Origin: Longimicrobiales bacterium
GTDB taxonomy: Bacteria; Gemmatimonadota; Gemmatimonadetes; Longimicrobiales; Gaopeijiaceae
Assembly (NCBI GenBank): GCA_965218295.1
Contig: CBDCKN010000014.1
Coordinates: 107,770 to 171,769 of the forward strand
DNA length: 64,000 nt
Reading direction: 5' to 3'
A program made the position numbers and the translations under genes. Shown here one piece after another: positions 1 to 9,961 of the stretch. The notes below the pieces were generated by a model. The model searched no databases and was not told where the DNA came from. It was given only the letters and a program-made list of their open reading frames with translations. Numbering within the stretch: the stretch's first letter is position 1; every line of letters starts with the position of its first letter.

Positions 1-1951
1 CGGCGAACGTGGACGCGGCGCTGCGGAAGGCCCTGGAGAAGATACCGGCGGATCGGTTCACCTCGGCGCAGGACTTCGTGAGGGCGCTGGGTGATGAGCA
101 CTTCCGGTATGGGGAGGCAGTTGCGAGAGTCGATGGTGCGGTCGCGAGTCCGTGGAATCGAGTGGCGATCCTGGGTTGGAGCGCTGCTGCTGTATTTGCC
201 GTCACCCTCGGTTGGCCGCTCCTCCGTTCCGAGCCTCCCGAGCCTCCTGGGCCGATCACCCGGGTTTCCGTGCTGATGGGAGAAGATCAGTCCTTTCATT
301 CCAATTTCGGAGTACTCGACCTTTCGACCGATGGATCGCTCATGGTCTACAGAGGTCGAGGTGATGAAGGGCAACCTCAGGTGTGGGTGAGGCGGTGGGA
401 TGCCTTGGAGGCCACTCCGATCCGAAACACGGACGGGGCTTTCAGCCCGACGATTTCTCCTGACGGTCGCGAGGTGGTTTTTGGAGTGGCTGGCTCGATT
501 CGGGTCGTCCCCCTCCAGGGGGGTATCGCGGACCCTCACCGAGTCAGCCTGGTGCTGCCCAAGCTGGAGTCCGGAGGGTGATTGGGTCTATTACGTCAAC
601 GTGTCGCGAGGACTGAGCCGCGTGCCAGCGAGCGGTGGACCGCCCGAGGTTGTCACCCAGGTGGATAACACAGCCGGAGACGTTATCAATTTGTGGGTGG
701 ATGTGCTGCCGGGTGGCAGGGGCGTCTTGTACATGGCGGCGGGGGCTGGGAATACCAACCAAAGAATCCAAGCCCTGGACCTGGAAACCGGCGAGATCAA
801 GGATCTGACACCGGGCCAGACCCCACGGTACAGCCGCGCCACCGGCGATCTGCTCTTCATGGACGCGAACGAGGGCACCCTTTTGGCCGCCCCCTTCGAC
901 GCGAAGAAGCTGGAACTTACGGGCGCGGCGGTGCCAGTGGCGGAAGAAGTGCTGCAACACGCCCAGGCATGGCCGTTCTTCGACATATCCGCATCGGGCA
1001 GGCTTGTTTACCGGACAGGTAGGGGAGGGGATCTCGTCACCCCGGTATGGGTGGAGCGTGACGGAACCGTCCGAGAGGTCGATCCTGGATGGGAGTTTCC
1101 CGGCAACTTTGACCTTTCCAGTGTTGCGCTTTCCCCCGACGGCACCCGGCTCGTCACGTCGATCACGGACTCAGACGGGACCACAGACCTGTGGGTCAAG
1201 CAGCTGGACACCGGCCCTTTGTTCCGCCTCACGTTCGAGGGAACGGAGAACCTCAGGGCTCTGTGGTCGCGGGACGGACAATTCGTCACGTTCGTGTCGA
1301 ATCGTGCGGGACAACGGGATCTGTGGAGAAAGAAAGCGGACGGGAGTGGCCCGGCTGAGCTAGTGCTGGACAGGGAGCGGCCTCTCCAGGAATTCGTCTA
1401 TTCGCCCGACGGCACCTGGCTGGTCTTTGTGGAATCAGACGGCGGGACCGCCAACTCCGACATCTACGGCATACGCCCCGGGGTGGACAGCGTAGCGACT
1501 CCGTTGGTCACGGAGGGGTCAAGCGCCGATGAGATGTCACTTTCCCCCGACGGTCGCTGGCTCGCCCATACCTGGGTACAGGACGGCGATGTTCAGGTGT
1601 ACGTGCGTCCCTTCCCCGACGTTGATGCGGGCAGGTGGCAGATATCCACGACTAGGGGCGATGAGGACCGTGTGGGCACACAATGGTCGAGAGTTGTTCT
1701 ATCAGGGCACGACGAACGCTGACGAACAAATGGTTGCCGAAATCATCGGAGATCCATCGTTCGCGGTGGGGGAGCAGCGAGTCCTGTTTCCCTTGGCCAC
1801 CTACCTAATCGGGAACGGTCACGCGGGATACGACATCAGCCCGGATGACCAGCGATTGGTGATGCTGAAGGCCGTGGGGGGAGAGGACGACAGGCAATTG
1901 ATCCTTGTCGATAACTGGTTCGAGGAGTTGAAGGAGCGGGTGGGCAACTAA
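1..1951 (+). CDS. Ser/Thr protein kinase (C-terminal end) fused to a TM helix and a TolB/PD40 beta-propeller; 5'-partial, two apparent frameshifts (~520 and ~1657)
   Basis: ORFs 9-581, 400-1722 and 1529-1951 join into one protein: kinase tail KALEKIPADRFTSAQDF, TM segment, repeated SPDG/WSPEG blades, and the typical end LILVDNWFEELKERV. Both shifts lie at G runs. Confidence 0.8.
383..417 (+). repeat. 35-bp direct repeat, copy 1 (inside kinase gene)
   Basis: gtgggtgaggcggtgggatgccttggaggccactc, identical to 1960-1994. Confidence 0.9.
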
Positions 1952-1959
1952 CGGTCCCG

Positions 1960-1994
1960 GTGGGTGAGGCGGTGGGATGCCTTGGAGGCCACTC
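1960..1994 (+). repeat. 35-bp direct repeat, copy 2 (just after kinase stop)
   Basis: Identical to 383-417. Confidence 0.9.
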
Positions 1995-2062
1995 GAGAGT
2001 GCTGCGCCCAGGTGGCCTCCGTTGGGTCGCCTCATCAGAGGCCGGGAACCCATCCCGACCTG

Positions 2063-2084
2063 ACCGGGCCCGAAAGCCCGGTTT
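2063..2084. terminator. GC-rich hairpin, possible terminator between convergent genes
   Basis: accgggc-ccgaaa-gcccggt followed by a short T run. Confidence 0.4.
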
Positions 2085-2089
2085 CGGCA

Positions 2090-2275
2090 TTAGTAGCCTG
2101 CCATGAAGTGGATCAGCCTGGTCACGTCATCCAAGTCCAGGAGAAGGTGGTGGTTGCCGTCCGCGTCCACATTGTGGTCGGCGGGCACCCGCAGAATCAC
2201 GACGGGTGATCCGTCCTCCGCGAGTGGTATCTTAGTAACCGTCAAGCCAGCGATCTCTCGCTTCGTGCTACTCAC
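2090..2275 (-). CDS. small hypothetical protein (61 aa)
   Basis: GTG start with upstream GGAGG; protein-like composition. Confidence 0.45.
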   Translation of the reverse strand: MSSTKREIAGLTVTKIPLAEDGSPVVILRVPADHNVDADGNHHLLLDLDDVTRLIHFMAGY

Positions 2276-2412
2276 TCTGCGTCCCTCCGTTGGGGTTGTG
2301 GCTCGGGAGAATCTAACGCCCCCGATGCTCGGTCAGTTCCCGTACAGCGCCTCTCGACGAGTAGCGCCGCATAACGATTCTGTTAGGAGGCTCCTCCTCA
2401 GAAGGGAGTTTC

Positions 2413-2880
2413 GTGCTAGTTCAAGTCGGTGTGGATAGCCTCGGGTTGGACCGGAAGACCAAGATGCCCGTCGTCGTTCTCAAAGAGGAAGGCGGGGAGC
2501 AAGTGCTCCCCATTTGGATCGACCCCAATGAGGCCAGCGCCATTGCCAGGGGGCTCACCCAGATGAAGTTCTCCCGTCCACTGACCCACGACCTCCTAGT
2601 CTCCGTGTTGGAGAGCCTGGGCGGAGAACTCGAGAAGGTGGTCATCGGTCCGGTGGAGGGAAATCTTTTCTTCGCTGAGATGATCATGCGCCGACACGGA
2701 GAGGTCATCTCCATCGATGCGCGCCCGTCCGACTCAATAGCAGTCGCATTACGTATGGAGGCCGAGATCTTCGTGCACAGCGATCTGCTGGGCCCCGCCT
2801 CCGTCGAGTTGGCGGAAGATCAACCGTCTGCTACACATAGATTCCAATACAATCCATACGTGTCTGATAAGATTCTATAA
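2413..2880 (+). CDS. bifunctional nuclease (DUF151) family protein; last 17 aa supplied by the integrated element
   Basis: Motifs LPIWI, RPLTHDLL, IDARPSDSIAVA. Confidence 0.9.
   Translation: MLVQVGVDSLGLDRKTKMPVVVLKEEGGEQVLPIWIDPNEASAIARGLTQMKFSRPLTHDLLVSVLESLGGELEKVVIGPVEGNLFFAEMIMRRHGEVISIDARPSDSIAVALRMEAEIFVHSDLLGPASVELAEDQPSATHRFQYNPYVSDKIL
2818..2826 (+). repeat. attL core
   Basis: GATCAACCG, in frame as Asp-Gln-Pro of DUF151. Confidence 0.8.
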
Positions 2881-2988
2881 CTAGAGCTATTACAATGAGT
2901 TATGTAGGACACGCCCGGTTGCACTGTCGCTGTGTGTCCACTATGTTCCCGTACATGACATACGATACTTTATACGGGGACTCCCGAA

Positions 2989-4194
2989 TTGGATTTGCCC
3001 AAACACCGAGGCAGGCGCCCGCATAACGCACTCAGCGCGGCCTTCGTGCGCAGCGCCAAGCCCGGATACTACTGCGATGGGAACGGCCTCTATCTGCGTG
3101 TGGACCGATCGGGCGCGCGCCGATGGGAGCAGCGTCTGCGGATCCAGGGTCGAAACCGCACGCTGGGGCTCGGGGGCTACCAGCTGGTATCGCTGGCCGA
3201 GGCGCGCGAGAAGGCATTCACGAACCGCAAGATCGCGCGCTCGGGCGGTGATCCGCGTACCGAGCGGCACAAGGTCCGGGACATGCCCACGTTCGCCGAA
3301 GCGGCCGCCGGCGTTCTGGAACAGCTCCGGCCGGGCTGGCGCAGCGCCAGGCATGCGAAGGACTGGGTCTCCAGCCTGCGCGTCTACGCGTTCCCACAGC
3401 TGGGCCATCGACCGGTCGGCGAGATAACGACAGCCGACATCCTGGCGGTGCTGACACCGATCTGGCACGCCAAGCAGGTGACTGCCAGACGGGTGCGCCA
3501 GCGCATTGGGGCGGTGATGAAGTGGGCGGTGGCGATGGGGCTTCGGCCGGACAACCCCGCCAGCGATGTGCTCGGTCAAGCGCTTGGCCGACAGCGCGTC
3601 GTAGTCCGGCACATGCGCGCGTTGCCTCACTCGAAGGTCGCGGGCGCGATGGAGACGGTGCGGAAGTCGCACGCTTACCCGGCCACGAAACTCGCCTTCG
3701 AGTTCCTGGTGTTGACGGCGGCCCGCTCGGGAGAGGTTCGCTCGGCGCACTGGGATGAAATCGACCTGGAGGCTCGAGAGTGGACGGTTCCCGCCGAACG
3801 CACGAAGGCCCATCGCCCCCACAGGGTGCCGCTGTCCGGGCGCGCCGTGGAGATACTGAGCGAGGCGCGGACGCTCGGGGGCGGCAGCGGTCTCGTTTTC
3901 CCGTCGCCGGAGGGCCGCGCATCTGCCCACAGCAGACTCTCCACGCTGCTTCGAGACCTGGGTATCGCGGCCGTGCCGCACGGCTTCCGGTCGAGCTTCA
4001 GGGACTGGTGCGGCGAGTGTTCCAACGCACCGCGTGAAGTCGCCGAGGCCGCGTTGGCGCATGCGGTTCGTAACAAGGTGGAAGCTGCCTATGCGCGTTC
4101 GGACCTGTTCGAGCGCAGGCGCGTCCTGATGGACAATTGGGCTGCGTATCTGGCGGGCGAGCGTCTGGACCCGGAGGCCGAACCGGCTCGCTGA
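2989..4194 (+). CDS. P4-type tyrosine integrase with N-terminal arm-binding domain
   Basis: DGNGLYLRV...SLAEAREKA arm domain; catalytic R (ARSGE), K, HGFR, LAH, Y. Confidence 0.95.
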   Translation: MDLPKHRGRRPHNALSAAFVRSAKPGYYCDGNGLYLRVDRSGARRWEQRLRIQGRNRTLGLGGYQLVSLAEAREKAFTNRKIARSGGDPRTERHKVRDMPTFAEAAAGVLEQLRPGWRSARHAKDWVSSLRVYAFPQLGHRPVGEITTADILAVLTPIWHAKQVTARRVRQRIGAVMKWAVAMGLRPDNPASDVLGQALGRQRVVVRHMRALPHSKVAGAMETVRKSHAYPATKLAFEFLVLTAARSGEVRSAHWDEIDLEAREWTVPAERTKAHRPHRVPLSGRAVEILSEARTLGGGSGLVFPSPEGRASAHSRLSTLLRDLGIAAVPHGFRSSFRDWCGECSNAPREVAEAALAHAVRNKVEAAYARSDLFERRRVLMDNWAAYLAGERLDPEAEPAR

Positions 4195-4299
4195 TCCGCC
4201 GCGCTCGCAGTGTCGGCGGACGAGTCCGTCAGGCGCTGAAGAGCAGGGGCGCGAAGGCTGGCTCACGACCCGTATGTGGACGCCCCCCGGGTTGGCAAG

Positions 4300-4500
4300 C
4301 CTGACTTCGAACCGAGGTTGGTGGCAATCAGGTCCGGTACTGTCGTATGTCCGGCCTCTTGATGCAGCCCTCGTTGGCTGCGGGCCCGTATGGTGTTCGT
4401 GAGATCGGATCCAAATCGTTAGGTCGGGCTCGGTGGCCCTTCGGGTCATCCTGGTGTTTCCGATCCCGTCTTCCAGACCGTTTGCCCTTACTCGTTCTTG
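4300..4500 (-). ncRNA. putative bridge RNA / seekRNA of the IS1111-type element (boundaries approximate)
   Basis: Stem 4403-4409/4459-4465 encloses segments matching both halves of the insertion site; a second segment (4344-4350) matches the donor junction. Confidence 0.7.
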
Positions 4501-4564
4501 CGTCCTGCTGCCCACATCTCCCAGCAGCTTTCTCTGTTTGCGCTTCTCTCCTTTCATTGGCCGG

Positions 4565-5587
4565 TCAGGCGGCAGCGCGAACCCGATGGATCTCCTTCTT
4601 CGTGGTCAGCGCCCAGACCATCCGCGCCGTCCTGTTGGCGAGCGCCACCGCGACCAGCATCTTCGGCTTGCGTGCCAGCATCCTGGCCAGCCACGGATCC
4701 GTGATCTCGCCGCGCCGGATCGCGTTTTGGACGACCGCCATGGCTCCCGTGATCAAGAGCCGCCGGAGATCGCGCTGGCCCATCTTCGATATCCTGCCCA
4801 GCCTCGGCTTGCCGCCGGTGGTGTGCTGCCGCGGCACAAGGCCGAGCCAGGCCGAGAAGTCGCGCCCGCGCCGGAAGCTCTCCATCGGCGGTGCGAAGGC
4901 CTGCAGTGCCATCGCGGTGATCGGTCCGATTCCGGGGATTGTCATCAGCCGCGCCGTCTCTTCGCGCTCCCGTGCGCTCGCCCGGAGCTTCCTGTCGAAT
5001 CCATCGATCTTCTCATCGAGCTCGTCGATCCGCCCGAGCAGCAGCCATCCCAGCTCGACGACCGCCTCCGGCAGGCCGACGTCCCCGTCTTCCAGCACCC
5101 AGGCCAGTTGCCCGATCCGGGCCCTGCCCTGCGGAGCAACAACTCCGAACTCGGCGAGGTGACCCCGAAGGGCATTGATCGTCTGTGTGCGCTGGCGCAC
5201 CAGCAGGTCACGCGTGCGAAAGAGCATCCCCTGACCCTGCTGCGCTTCGGTCTTGACCGCCACGAAGCGCATGGTCGGACGCTGTGCGGCTTCCGAGATC
5301 GCCTCCGCGTCCGCCGCGTCGTTCTTCTGCCTCTTGACGAAGGGCTTCACGTAGATCGGGGGAACCAGCTTCACCTCGTGACCGAGGGCCACGATCTCCC
5401 GGCCCCAGTAGTGGGCGCCGGCGCATGCCTCCATCGCCACCGTGCAAGGCGGCTGCGCGGCGAGAAAACTCAGCAGCTTCCCGCGGCTCAGCTTCCTGCG
5501 GTACGCTACCGACCCGTTCGCCTTCGCCCCGTGTACCTGAAAGCTGCGCTTTGCCAGATCGATCCCGATGATGCTAACCTCCTCCAT
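4565..5587 (-). CDS. IS110-family DEDD recombinase/transposase
   Basis: GIDLAK, MEAC, KNDAADAEAI, IPGIGP, WLGLVPRQ..GGK, VALANR motifs. Confidence 0.95.
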   Translation of the reverse strand: MEEVSIIGIDLAKRSFQVHGAKANGSVAYRRKLSRGKLLSFLAAQPPCTVAMEACAGAHYWGREIVALGHEVKLVPPIYVKPFVKRQKNDAADAEAISEAAQRPTMRFVAVKTEAQQGQGMLFRTRDLLVRQRTQTINALRGHLAEFGVVAPQGRARIGQLAWVLEDGDVGLPEAVVELGWLLLGRIDELDEKIDGFDRKLRASAREREETARLMTIPGIGPITAMALQAFAPPMESFRRGRDFSAWLGLVPRQHTTGGKPRLGRISKMGQRDLRRLLITGAMAVVQNAIRRGEITDPWLARMLARKPKMLVAVALANRTARMVWALTTKKEIHRVRAAA

Positions 5588-5784
5588 TGGATGCCTCCTC
5601 CCTCAGATGGTCGATATCGCTCAGTACCATCTTGGCACATTGCGATGCCGCCGGGAGGGGGCGTCCACCCCATCGTTAGCAGTCATGAGCCAGCCTACCC
5701 CTTGGGGCCACGCTTCGCGGGTCCCCGGCAGGGGCTGGCGAGGGGCTGGGCCCCCTCTGACCCCCCCAACGGCAACAGCGCATC

Positions 5785-5892
5785 ATGAGCGCTGGACGCG
5801 CCGTGTGGGTGAAGATCCGCGCCAGCGAGGCGGAGCCTGCCGAGTGGCACGCTAAGGCGCGCTCCGCAGGCTTGACGCTGTCGGATCTGGTG
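5785..5892 (+). pseudogene. truncated MobC-like relaxosome accessory (ribbon-helix-helix) protein
   Basis: VWVKIRASEAEPAEWHAKARSAGLTLSDLV resembles a MobC N-terminus; runs into unrelated AT-richer sequence; no relaxase downstream. Confidence 0.6.
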
Positions 5893-6034
5893 CTGCGGAT
5901 TCAGCCTTTTGACACAGTACAAATAGGGCATGGAAACAATGCAATTATGCTATTGACGAGACGGTTTCAGCGAGCCCAAGATTTCCGTTGAAATCGCTGC
6001 TGGACTCCCATCTTTCGGACATTCAGGAATCCGA

Positions 6035-6373
6035 ATGAGCTGTCACCGAACCATCATCCGGCTGTCAGCGGTGCTAGCGGTTGTGGCCTTGGCCACGGGG
6101 TACGGGGACGGTGACAGCCCTGCCGCGCCTCCAACGCCAGAGCCCGCCCGTCCGACGAGTGCGGGTAGCGGACAGGGAACGGCAGACCTGGACCGTGCGG
6201 CGCTGGTCGCGCTCTACAACGCGACGAACGGGCCGAACTGGACCAACAATGACAACTGGCTGGCCGACGTGCCGCTGGAGGAGTGGTACGGGGTGGTGAC
6301 GGGCAGTGACGGGCGTGTTACACGACTCTCTCTGTGGGAGAACAATCTCACCGGCCCGATCCTCCCGAACTAA
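6035..6373 (+). pseudogene. truncated secreted leucine-rich-repeat protein
   Basis: Signal peptide, then DRAALVALYNATNGPNW...WYGV...GRVTRLSLWENNLTGPI (LRR N-cap plus first repeat), then stop. Confidence 0.75.
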
Positions 6374-6550
6374 CCACATATTATGTAACCGACATTATCA
6401 CAATATGTTAGAACATGTGGCCGCAAATGATGTATCACTCAGGATATACATTTCTGAGCGAGATTCCATGGGACCCAACCGGATGTCGGTGGATCAGATT
6501 CTGGTGATTGCCGCAGGCCAAATGCTACTGCCTGAGATCAGGATCGGCAG

Positions 6551-6860
6551 TCACCGTCCTCGGACCGGCAGCCTCCGGACCACCACGCTGGGCACATCGA
6601 ATTCACCAAGCTCAATGAACGCCGCCAGCCCGTTCGGGCCGAAGGCGTCGGGCATCTCGGTCGTCCCGGTGCGGTAGGTGCCGACGTATCCGCCCTCGGT
6701 CGTCAACACATCGATTGGGCCGTCCTCAAGAAGGCTCTCGCCTTGGCGCATCACCCAGATCCGGCCCTCCCAAGTAGTCTGCAATCTCAAGAGGACGGGT
6801 ATCTCGGGGTAGAAGGGCTGAATCTCGCCGAATTCCTCGCTCACGTTTCCGGAATCCACG
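6551..6860 (-). pseudogene. C-terminal fragment of a beta-propeller (NHL/6-bladed-like) protein
   Basis: GRIWVMR...IDVLTTEGGYVGT...ELGEFDVPSVVVRRL tail with no N-terminus. Confidence 0.55.
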
Positions 6861-7165
6861 GCTGTAGAACCGGTGACAGTCCACCGCGTCGGCTGGCTTA
6901 GACGCCCAAGGCGCGCTAGGTCGAGTCGTCCACGGGACGCCGGACACGCGTACGGTGCCCATGTTCTTGCCATACATCGGGGAGTCCGATGGCGGACAGC
7001 AGCCCATGCCGCCAAGTGTTCCAGTTCGACGCCGAGGGAGGCGCATCGCCCCAGGCAGGGGTTGGAGGCGTTGGCCATGCTTGTAGATTTCAGATGGTAT
7101 CGCAAAGGGACGCCGGGCTTTCCGCGAGGCTCCCCCAGAGGCGCAACCAGACAGGGAGAGCACCG

Positions 7166-9961
7166 ATGGTATCGACAATGAGACTCAGGGTTGCGCTGCT
7201 GGTCGTGTTCGCGATGGCAGCCACGGTGAGGGCCGCTGCGGCGCAAGGCACGCTCGAAGGAACGGTGACGGACGCGACCGACCGCCCGCTCGCGGGTGTG
7301 CGCGTCACTCTCGCAAGGCCCACGGTCTCGGATCCTGTCCAGACGAGACTCTCGACCACGGGCGACGCGGGCACCTACCGGATCGAGGGCATCCCGGCGA
7401 TCCCCCACGAGGTTCGGTTCACCCGCATCGGCTACGGTGCGCGGACGTTGGAGGCCTCGTTCGCCGACGACGAGACGACAAGGCTCGATGTGACGCTGTC
7501 CGAAGCGGTGATCGCGATGGAGAGGCTCGTCGTCATCGGCTCGCGCGCGCAGCCGCGAACCGCGACCCAGTCGATGGTGCCTCTTGACGTGGTTTCCGCG
7601 TCCGAACTCACGGGCCAGGGCACGCCCGATCTCAGCTCGCAGCTCAGGAGCGTCCTGCCCTCCTACAACGTGGCCGACGAACCGATCAGCGATGCCGCCA
7701 TGATCGCCCGCCCGGTGAGCATCCGGAACCTGGCGCCGGAGCAGACGCTCGTGATGGTCGACGGAAAGCGCCGCCACCGCTCCGCCGTCATCGTTCTCTG
7801 GAACGGGAACGGCGTCGCGGACGGGGCCCAGGGGCCCGACATCTCCACGCTGCCGAGCATCGCGATGAGCCGGGTCGAGGTCCTCCGCGACGGTGCATCC
7901 GCGCAGTACGGCTCCGACGCCATCGCGGGCGTGATCAACGTCGTGCCGAAGAACAACCGCTCGGGCGGCAGCTTCGAGGTTCGGGCCGGCCGCTACCAGG
8001 AGGGCGACGGCGACATGGTCACCGCCGCCGGCAACATCGGCCTCCCCTTGGGCGAGACCGGATTCCTCAGCCTGAGCGGCGAATTCGGCCAGTCGGACCC
8101 CACGAGCCGCAGCATTCAGCGAAATGACGCGGCCGCCCTTGGGGCCTCCGGCTTTCCCGTGCGGGACCCCGCGCAGATCTGGGGATCCCCCGACGTGGAC
8201 GACAACGTCAAGCTGTTCGCGAACACGGGCTACGCGTTCGGCGGCGGCACGGAACTCTACGGGTTCGGCAACTACCACACGAAGCGGGTCGAGGGCGGCT
8301 TCTACTTCCGGAACCCGAACACACGCGATGCCGTGTTCAGTATCGACGGCGGGGAGACTCTCCTCATCGGCGACGTTCTCGACGCCCGGGACGGCGTGCT
8401 CGACGGCTCGGCGAACTGTCCGGTCGTGCACATCGTGAACAACGTGCCCGATCGTGCAGCCATGGAGCGCGTCCGCAGCGACCCCAACTGTTTCTCCTTC
8501 CAGGAGCTGTTCCCGGGCGGCTTTACGCCGCAGTTCGGCGGGGACGCGTTGGACGCCTCCGCCGTCGGAGGGATCAAGGGAACGACCGCCGGCATCGAGT
8601 GGGACCTGAGCGCGGGCTGGGGCACGCACAGGATCGACTTCCTCATGAAGAACACGGTCAACGCGTCGCTCGGCCCGGAGACGCCGACGGAATTCCGGCC
8701 CGGGATCAACCAGCAGCGGGAGTTCAACCTCAACCTCGACGTGCACTACGAACTCGGGGAGGGGACCCTCCTCGCAGGGGGATTCGAGCGGCGCGTGGAG
8801 AGTTTCGAGATCGTGCGCGGCGACCGGGCCTCCTGGGAGCTCGGCCCCTACCTTGAGCAAGGGCTCAGCGCGGCCTCGAACGGTTTCCCGGGGTTCGGGC
8901 CGCTGTCCGAGGGGAGATGGGACCGGCGCAACGTCGCGGTCTACGGCGACGTGCACCGCGAAGGCGCGGACGACCGCTGGCAGGCGGGCCTGGCGCTCCG
9001 GCTCGAGGACTTCGAGGACTTCGGGACGACGTTCAACGGAAAGCTCTCGGGACGCCTGCGTCTCGTGGAGGGGTTCGCGCTCCGCTCCAGCGCGAGCACG
9101 GGGTTCCGGGCGCCGACCCCCGGCCAGCAGAATCTCCGGCACATCGGGACGATCTACGATCTGACGCTCATGGAGTTGGTGAACAGCGGCACGATCCCGC
9201 CCACCTCGGCGGTCGCGCGGCGCAGGGGCGGCACGCAGCTGCAACCCGAGACTTCGGTGAACGTGGCGCTGGGCGCCGCCCTCACCCGCGGACCGCTGAT
9301 CGTGACGGCGGACTACTTCCGGGTCGCGGTGTCCGACCGGATCAACCTCAGCACCGACTACACGCTCGAACCGCATGAGATCGACGAACTCGTCGCTGAG
9401 GGCGTCGAGGGCGCGCGCAACCTGGCCCGGTTCCGGTACTACAACAACGACTTCTCCACCCGCACGCAGGGAGTGGACCTGGTCGCCAGCTACTCGCCGC
9501 CGGCGCTGAGCGGGAATACGACCTTCAATCTGCTGTTCAACTACACGCACACGAGGGTCACGGAATACGCCGGAGAGGATCCGAATCGGCTGCCCTCGGC
9601 AGACGTACCGCTGCGCGTCCGGCAGCTGCGGGAGGCCCTGCCCACGACGCGGGGGAGCCTTTCGGCGACGCACCGGGCGGGACGCCTTCGCTTCTTCGGC
9701 AAGGTGGGCTACTTCTCGGGCTGGTACGACTGGCTCGACGATTACACCTACGGGGGCAAGGCTCTCGTGGACGCGGAAGTCGCCTACACGCTCGCCAACT
9801 CCGTGACCGTCACGCTCGGTGCCGAGAACCTGTTCAACACCTTCACGGACGTGAATCCGGGGGCCGCCGCGAACGTGGGGAACCTCTACAGCCAGAACTC
9901 GCCGTTCGGGTTCAACGGCGGCCTGTTCTACGTCCGGGCGAGCTACGCGTTCGACTGGTAG
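7166..9961 (+). CDS. TonB-dependent receptor with N-terminal carboxypeptidase-regulatory-like domain
   Basis: Signal peptide, LVVIGSR, VEVLRDGASAQYGSDAIAGVIN plug motif, GAENLFN, aromatic C-terminus. Confidence 0.95.
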   Translation: MVSTMRLRVALLVVFAMAATVRAAAAQGTLEGTVTDATDRPLAGVRVTLARPTVSDPVQTRLSTTGDAGTYRIEGIPAIPHEVRFTRIGYGARTLEASFADDETTRLDVTLSEAVIAMERLVVIGSRAQPRTATQSMVPLDVVSASELTGQGTPDLSSQLRSVLPSYNVADEPISDAAMIARPVSIRNLAPEQTLVMVDGKRRHRSAVIVLWNGNGVADGAQGPDISTLPSIAMSRVEVLRDGASAQYGSDAIAGVINVVPKNNRSGGSFEVRAGRYQEGDGDMVTAAGNIGLPLGETGFLSLSGEFGQSDPTSRSIQRNDAAALGASGFPVRDPAQIWGSPDVDDNVKLFANTGYAFGGGTELYGFGNYHTKRVEGGFYFRNPNTRDAVFSIDGGETLLIGDVLDARDGVLDGSANCPVVHIVNNVPDRAAMERVRSDPNCFSFQELFPGGFTPQFGGDALDASAVGGIKGTTAGIEWDLSAGWGTHRIDFLMKNTVNASLGPETPTEFRPGINQQREFNLNLDVHYELGEGTLLAGGFERRVESFEIVRGDRASWELGPYLEQGLSAASNGFPGFGPLSEGRWDRRNVAVYGDVHREGADDRWQAGLALRLEDFEDFGTTFNGKLSGRLRLVEGFALRSSASTGFRAPTPGQQNLRHIGTIYDLTLMELVNSGTIPPTSAVARRRGGTQLQPETSVNVALGAALTRGPLIVTADYFRVAVSDRINLSTDYTLEPHEIDELVAEGVEGARNLARFRYYNNDFSTRTQGVDLVASYSPPALSGNTTFNLLFNYTHTRVTEYAGEDPNRLPSADVPLRVRQLREALPTTRGSLSATHRAGRLRFFGKVGYFSGWYDWLDDYTYGGKALVDAEVAYTLANSVTVTLGAENLFNTFTDVNPGAAANVGNLYSQNSPFGFNGGLFYVRASYAFDW

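Larger units (their letters stand above)
4273..5675 (-). mobile_element. IS110 family, IS1111-group insertion sequence
   Basis: 12-bp subterminal IRs gtggacgccccc (4276-4287) / gggggcgtccac (5657-5668), 3 and 7 bp from the ends; CG core at both junctions; long non-coding region downstream of the transposase; no TSD. Confidence 0.9.

Noticed and set aside
2941..4557. 538-aa ORF antisense to the integrase, and similar long antisense ORFs (26620-28833, 45421-47802, 55784-57412)
   Set aside because: High-GC shadow frames of well-supported genes on the opposite strand.
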